Part shown: positions 36,897 through 39,818 of the stretch, one piece after another | Position numbering within the stretch: the first letter of the stretch is position 1 | How the letters are laid out: each line of letters begins with the position of its first letter | NCBI GenBank assembly: GCA_029212425.1 | Contig: JARGNC010000003.1 | Coordinates: forward strand, 1-39,818 | DNA: 39,818 bases | Origin: Phycisphaerales bacterium | Lineage (GTDB): Bacteria; Planctomycetota; Phycisphaerae; Phycisphaerales; UBA1924 | Direction: 5' to 3' | Notes under the pieces: generated by a model | The model's input: only the letters and a program-made list of their open reading frames with translations | Database searches by the model: none | What the model was told of the DNA's origin: nothing | Position numbers and translations under genes: made by a program

Positions 36897-37094
36897 TTAG
36901 GCGTTGACGCCGATACCAAGCTTGCGGACCTTGATGCGAAGACCTGGACGGACATAGCCCGACTCAGTGCAAGCACGGTGGTGCAACTTAGGCATACCCG
37001 AGAGTGGGCAGATCGTTGGTTTGACGCCGGTGATCGCGTCGTGGGAGCGGCGACGCTTGCTTCGTCCTCGGCTCTGTCGTTGTGCTGGAAGCAT
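36897..37094 (-). CDS. rpmF: 50S ribosomal protein L32
   Basis: 65 aa from ATG 37094 (RBS AAGGAGAG): MLPAQRQSRGRSKRRRSHDAI...CPLSG.PKLHHRAC. It holds the conserved position upstream of plsX. The track's 29-aa upstream extension was rejected. Confidence 0.9.
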   Translation of the reverse strand: MLPAQRQSRGRSKRRRSHDAITGVKPTICPLSGMPKLHHRACTESGYVRPGLRIKVRKLGIGVNA

Positions 37095-37248
37095 GTCGCT
37101 CTCCTTGAATCGGGCGCGTGTAAGTCCCGTCAATCGTCTACAAATACACCCGCGGCACACGCCGGAGGTGGACGGGAACAATAGACCCCGACTTATATCC
37201 CGTCAATCGACAACCCCCACTCTTCAACCCGATCAGCACCCATCAAAC

Positions 37249-37277
37249 TGGACATGTCCAGAAATCGAGGTTATCAT
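37249..37277 (+). promoter_or_regulatory. Putative promoter for tRNA-Lys
   Basis: TGGACA (37249-37254), a 17-nt spacer, then TATCAT (37272-37277), 21 nt upstream of the tRNA 5' end. The -35 lies inside a perfect 14-bp palindrome. Confidence 0.3.
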
Positions 37278-37298
37278 CCTGTCGGTCCAAAGACCATT

Positions 37299-37371
<73 letters not shown>

Positions 37372-37467
37372 CTTCCCAATCGCACACCCGATTTCCAACC
37401 AGAATCACGGATTTTCACGATTCGCGTTCGGGATTTGATCGTGCCTGTTCCAAGTGAGAGACCCACC

Positions 37468-37734
37468 ATGGCAAGCGGACGCGAGTTCTCAAGCACACAG
37501 CGGAAGATCATCAACCGCTACTACGACAACCACGACACCATCCTCGCGACCCGTCTTGGGGAGATCGTGACGGACATCGCCCTCGCCGAGGACAACCTGA
37601 AAAAGCTCGATCGCCTCTGGATCCGCGCCGAGCAGGCACTCTCCAAGACCCAGCTCAAACCAGAATCATGGAAAAAAATCATCGCATGCCGCGATCCCAA
37701 AGCACTTGCGCGGCTCATATCCAAGTTGATGTGA
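37468..37734 (+). CDS. Small hypothetical protein (88 aa, helical, basic/acidic mix)
   Basis: ATG 37468 gives MASGREFSSTQRKIINRYYDNHDTILATRLGEIVTDIALAEDNLKKLDRLWIRAEQAL.... The composition is good, but I recognise no motif. Confidence 0.5.
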   Translation: MASGREFSSTQRKIINRYYDNHDTILATRLGEIVTDIALAEDNLKKLDRLWIRAEQALSKTQLKPESWKKIIACRDPKALARLISKLM

Positions 37735-37741
37735 TCCCAGC

Positions 37742-37770
37742 TTGCTCTGGGAACACTCCTCTGGTACAGT
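37742..37770 (+). promoter_or_regulatory. Putative promoter of the riboswitch-led transcript
   Basis: TTGCTC (37742-37747), a 17-nt spacer, then TACAGT (37765-37770). The -10 element ends 6 nt before the first base of riboswitch P1 (37777). Confidence 0.35.
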
Positions 37771-37776
37771 CCACGC

Positions 37777-37974
37777 GTTGAAGGTGCCGAGGATTCTTGA
37801 AAACCTCGGTGAATAGGGAAGTGTGGTGAGATTCCACCGCGGACGCGCCGCCGTAACGGGCAACGACGACCGCTCAGCTGTTTCAAAGCAGCAACCACTG
37901 GCACGATCTTTCGATGGATCCTGTGTCGGGAAGGTGAGCGGATCTGAGCCCCGAGCCGGAAGACCTGCCTCAAC
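37777..37974 (+). promoter_or_regulatory. Cobalamin (B12) riboswitch aptamer
   Basis: P1 is gttgaagg/cctcaac. The P2 hairpin is gccgagg...cctcggt. Conserved blocks appear in canonical order: AATAGGGAAG, GGTGAGATTCCAC, GCGGACGCGCCGCCGTAACGG, the B12-box-like AACCACTGG, CGGGAAGG, GAGCCGGAAGACCTGCC. Confidence 0.9.
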
Positions 37975-38151
37975 AGATGTGTCGGACCTCGCGAAATGGG
38001 TCGGCGGATCGGTTGTGCGCCCCTCCCCGCTCTCAGCCCCCGCTTTCAACCCCGCAAGCTCGACTCAAATGTTCCGGGGAGTGTCCTGCGCGAAACAGGG
38101 CAACACATCACACGCCCACATTCTTTCATGGGCAGAGAGTCGAGTATTGTC

Positions 38152-38994
38152 ATGAATCTTTCTATTGGTTTCAACGGAGCTGTATACGCAGGAACGCTGA
38201 TCACAGCCCTCTCAACCGCCGCGAATGCCTCACCGTTCGCATCATCCGTTCTCGGATACGACGCGGGGTCCAACGCCGCCGCGGGGTACACCGACGCATC
38301 AACCGCACTTGGGAGCGCCGAGCGATTCACAGGTGAAGGCGTCTTCCCCTCCGGAGTCACCCCGTTCAATCCCGCGTTTGGCGCAGACGAAATCGTCTCC
38401 GTCGGTTCGGGTGGGTACCTCTCCCTCGGATTCAACACCGCGATCACCAACGACGCATCACACGCGTTTGGTGTCGATCTCATTGTCTTCTCCAACGCTG
38501 GATTCGCAGATGCGACATGGACCGATTCGGATCCAAACAACGACGGGACTGGGAACACAGGAGCAAACCCATTCATATTCGGCGCAGGTGGTGCCGCGAC
38601 GATTCAAGTTTCTCAAAACGGAACTGACTGGATCACCGCAACAACCACCACCCTCGACCTCTTCCCAACGCTTGGATATTCAGACTTCGTCGATGCGACT
38701 CCGGCTTCGCACGGATTGATCGAGTCGGACTTCACGAAAGCACTGGATCCAACACTGACCGCTGCGGACCTTGCGAACATGTCCTTTGACGACCTCCGCA
38801 CATTCTACAACGGCTCAGGTGGCGGCGTCGGCATCGACATCGCTTCGACCGGACTCACCTCCGCAAGCTTCGTCCGTTTCCTCAATGAGTCAGGCGAAGC
38901 GTTCGAGATCGACGCTGTCGCGGTCGTCCCAACGCCGAGCACCCTGATCGCGCTGAGTCTCGCTGGACTTGCAACAACGCGCCGTCGTCGCTAA
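38152..38994 (+). CDS. Secreted protein of unknown function with a C-terminal PEP-CTERM sorting signal
   Basis: The signal peptide is MNLSIGFNGAVYAGTLITALSTAANA|SP. The C-terminus VPTPSTLIALSLAGLATTRRRR is a PEP-like motif plus TM helix plus Arg cluster. In-frame alternative starts exist at 38128 (ATG) and 37996 (ATG, track start). Confidence 0.8.
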   Translation: MNLSIGFNGAVYAGTLITALSTAANASPFASSVLGYDAGSNAAAGYTDASTALGSAERFTGEGVFPSGVTPFNPAFGADEIVSVGSGGYLSLGFNTAITNDASHAFGVDLIVFSNAGFADATWTDSDPNNDGTGNTGANPFIFGAGGAATIQVSQNGTDWITATTTTLDLFPTLGYSDFVDATPASHGLIESDFTKALDPTLTAADLANMSFDDLRTFYNGSGGGVGIDIASTGLTSASFVRFLNESGEAFEIDAVAVVPTPSTLIALSLAGLATTRRRR

Positions 38995-39044
38995 ACAACT
39001 CCATGCTTCGCCCAACGGTTCATTGGGGACCGGGCGAGCACCGC

Positions 39045-39075
39045 GTCGCCGCGCCCAAACGCGCGGCGACGATTT
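39045..39075 (+). terminator. GC-rich hairpin, possible weak terminator after the PEP-CTERM gene
   Basis: A perfect 10-bp stem, gtcgccgcgc (39045-39054) with gcgcggcgac (39061-39070), has the loop ccaaac. Only gaTTTa follows, so termination efficiency is uncertain. Confidence 0.35.
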
Positions 39076-39095
39076 ACATCTCCGAGAGAAACCCT

Positions 39096-39818
39096 GTGCA
39101 GAACCGATCTCACATCCTGCGATTCACCCCACTGCTCATCACCGCAGCGGTCTTTGCGCAGCCGATCCGCTATCAGCACGGTCCGATCAACACATCCCAC
39201 TCCCCCTGGACACAACTTGGCGGCGATTCTTCCCACACCCATACCCCGCGCGTGATCGGGTCGCACCTCTCAACGCCTGACTGGACAAGCACCGGAGATG
39301 GATCGATCACGCTGAGCTTCACACCTCAAGCGGGGGTCGTTGCAGATGACCAGCGTGTGTATGCCGTGGGTCAGGATCAGGGGTTTGTGCGCCACCTTTC
39401 CGCGTTCGATCAAGATTCCGGAGAACTTGCATGGGCAACCGAAATCCCCTTCGCGATCCTCGATTCGTGGTCCACGCCAACGCTCGATCTGCAGAACAAC
39501 ACGATCATCGCCGCGAGTGGGTTCTCGATGGTCGCACTCGACCGATTCACAGGAGATCAAGTCTGGTTGACGCCTATGGATCGTCCCATCGTCAATGCGT
39601 CGCCTTGCATCACCGACGACCTCGGTTCGTCCAACCGACTCTTCATCACGGACTACACATTCGGTTCCGCAACCAACGGCTCGCTCATCTGCATCAACAC
39701 AGATCCCAACACGCAGGACAACCCCTTCGATCCCGGCGAAATCCTCTGGAGCACACAACTCCCAGGAAACTGCTCCGGGAACACCCCTGCATACAGCGAT
39801 GGGGTTGTTTATGTCTCG
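39096..39818 (+). CDS. Secreted PQQ-like / BamB-like beta-propeller repeat protein; the 3' end lies outside the window
   Basis: The frame is open to the window end, which is why it is not in the ORF track. GTG 39096 gives the signal peptide MQNRSHILRFTPLLITAAVFAQP. An in-frame ATG at 39003 is also possible. Repeats of the type VYAVGQDQGFVRHLSAFDQDSGELAWA, IIAASGFSMVALDRFTGDQVW and GVVYVS resemble PQQ-like propeller blades. Confidence 0.65.
   Translation, partial: MQNRSHILRFTPLLITAAVFAQPIRYQHGPINTSHSPWTQLGGDSSHTHTPRVIGSHLSTPDWTSTGDGSITLSFTPQAGVVADDQRVYAVGQDQGFVRHLSAFDQDSGELAWATEIPFAILDSWSTPTLDLQNNTIIAASGFSMVALDRFTGDQVWLTPMDRPIVNASPCITDDLGSSNRLFITDYTFGSATNGSLICINTDPNTQDNPFDPGEILWSTQLPGNCSGNTPAYSDGVVYVS

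Noticed and set aside
36897-37181. A 94-aa version of the L32 ORF.
   Set aside because: L32 is about 55-65 aa. The ATG at 37094 has AAGGAGAG upstream. The extension is Cys/Arg-rich junk.
37996-38151. An in-frame ATG at 37996 that would add 52 residues to the PEP-CTERM protein, beginning 22 nt after the riboswitch.
   Set aside because: The extension (MGRRIGCAPLPALSPRFQPRKLDSNVPG...) is Pro/Arg-rich and would bury the clear signal peptide that starts at 38152. It is kept as an alternative because it cannot be excluded without expression data.
39270-39758. A 162-aa minus-strand ORF at the window end.
   Set aside because: It is antisense to a frame that stays open from 39003 to the window end and encodes a signal peptide plus propeller-blade repeats. 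The plus-strand gene is missing from the track only because its stop lies outside the window.

Overview
This 39.8-kb window is ordinary chromosome, about mid-50s % GC by eye, and most likely from a Planctomycetota-type bacterium. The taxon is inferred from a DUF1559/prepilin-leader protein, a PEP-CTERM protein, lipoprotein-rich hypotheticals, and frequent GTG/TTG starts with 4-nt gene overlaps. I found no CRISPR array, transposase, integrase or phage genes.

Gene order:
- Left end: the 3' end of a membrane permease, a convergent glycogen-synthase-like glycosyltransferase with a small acidic partner gene, and tRNA-Leu(GAG) with a terminator.
- A complete chemosensory operon without a receptor gene: cheB-cheW-cheR-cheA-cheX-cheY-DUF342/FapA.
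- Two exported hypotheticals, a plastidic-type ferredoxin-NADP reductase, a secreted hypothetical, and a peptide-type ABC importer fragment with only the binding protein and one permease.
- A minus-strand trio: DUF1444-like, trpG/pabA, and a hypothetical.
- acpP-fabF, an orphan FliN/SpoA-domain gene, a DUF1559 protein, a GH15 glucoamylase-like enzyme and a RecQ-family helicase.
- A glycan-modification cluster (GT2, FKBP, GT2, methyltransferase, lipoprotein), then a VOC protein and a DinB-like protein.
- The other half of the fatty-acid cluster on the minus strand: rpmF-plsX-fabH-fabD-[small Cys-rich ORF]-fabG.
- tRNA-Lys(CUU) and a small hypothetical.

The most interesting locus is at the right end. 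A textbook cobalamin riboswitch sits upstream of a secreted PEP-CTERM-anchored protein of unknown function, followed by a partial secreted PQQ-like beta-propeller protein. This could be an undescribed B12-responsive surface module. All coordinates and motifs were read by eye from the sequence and the ORF track. No database searches were run.
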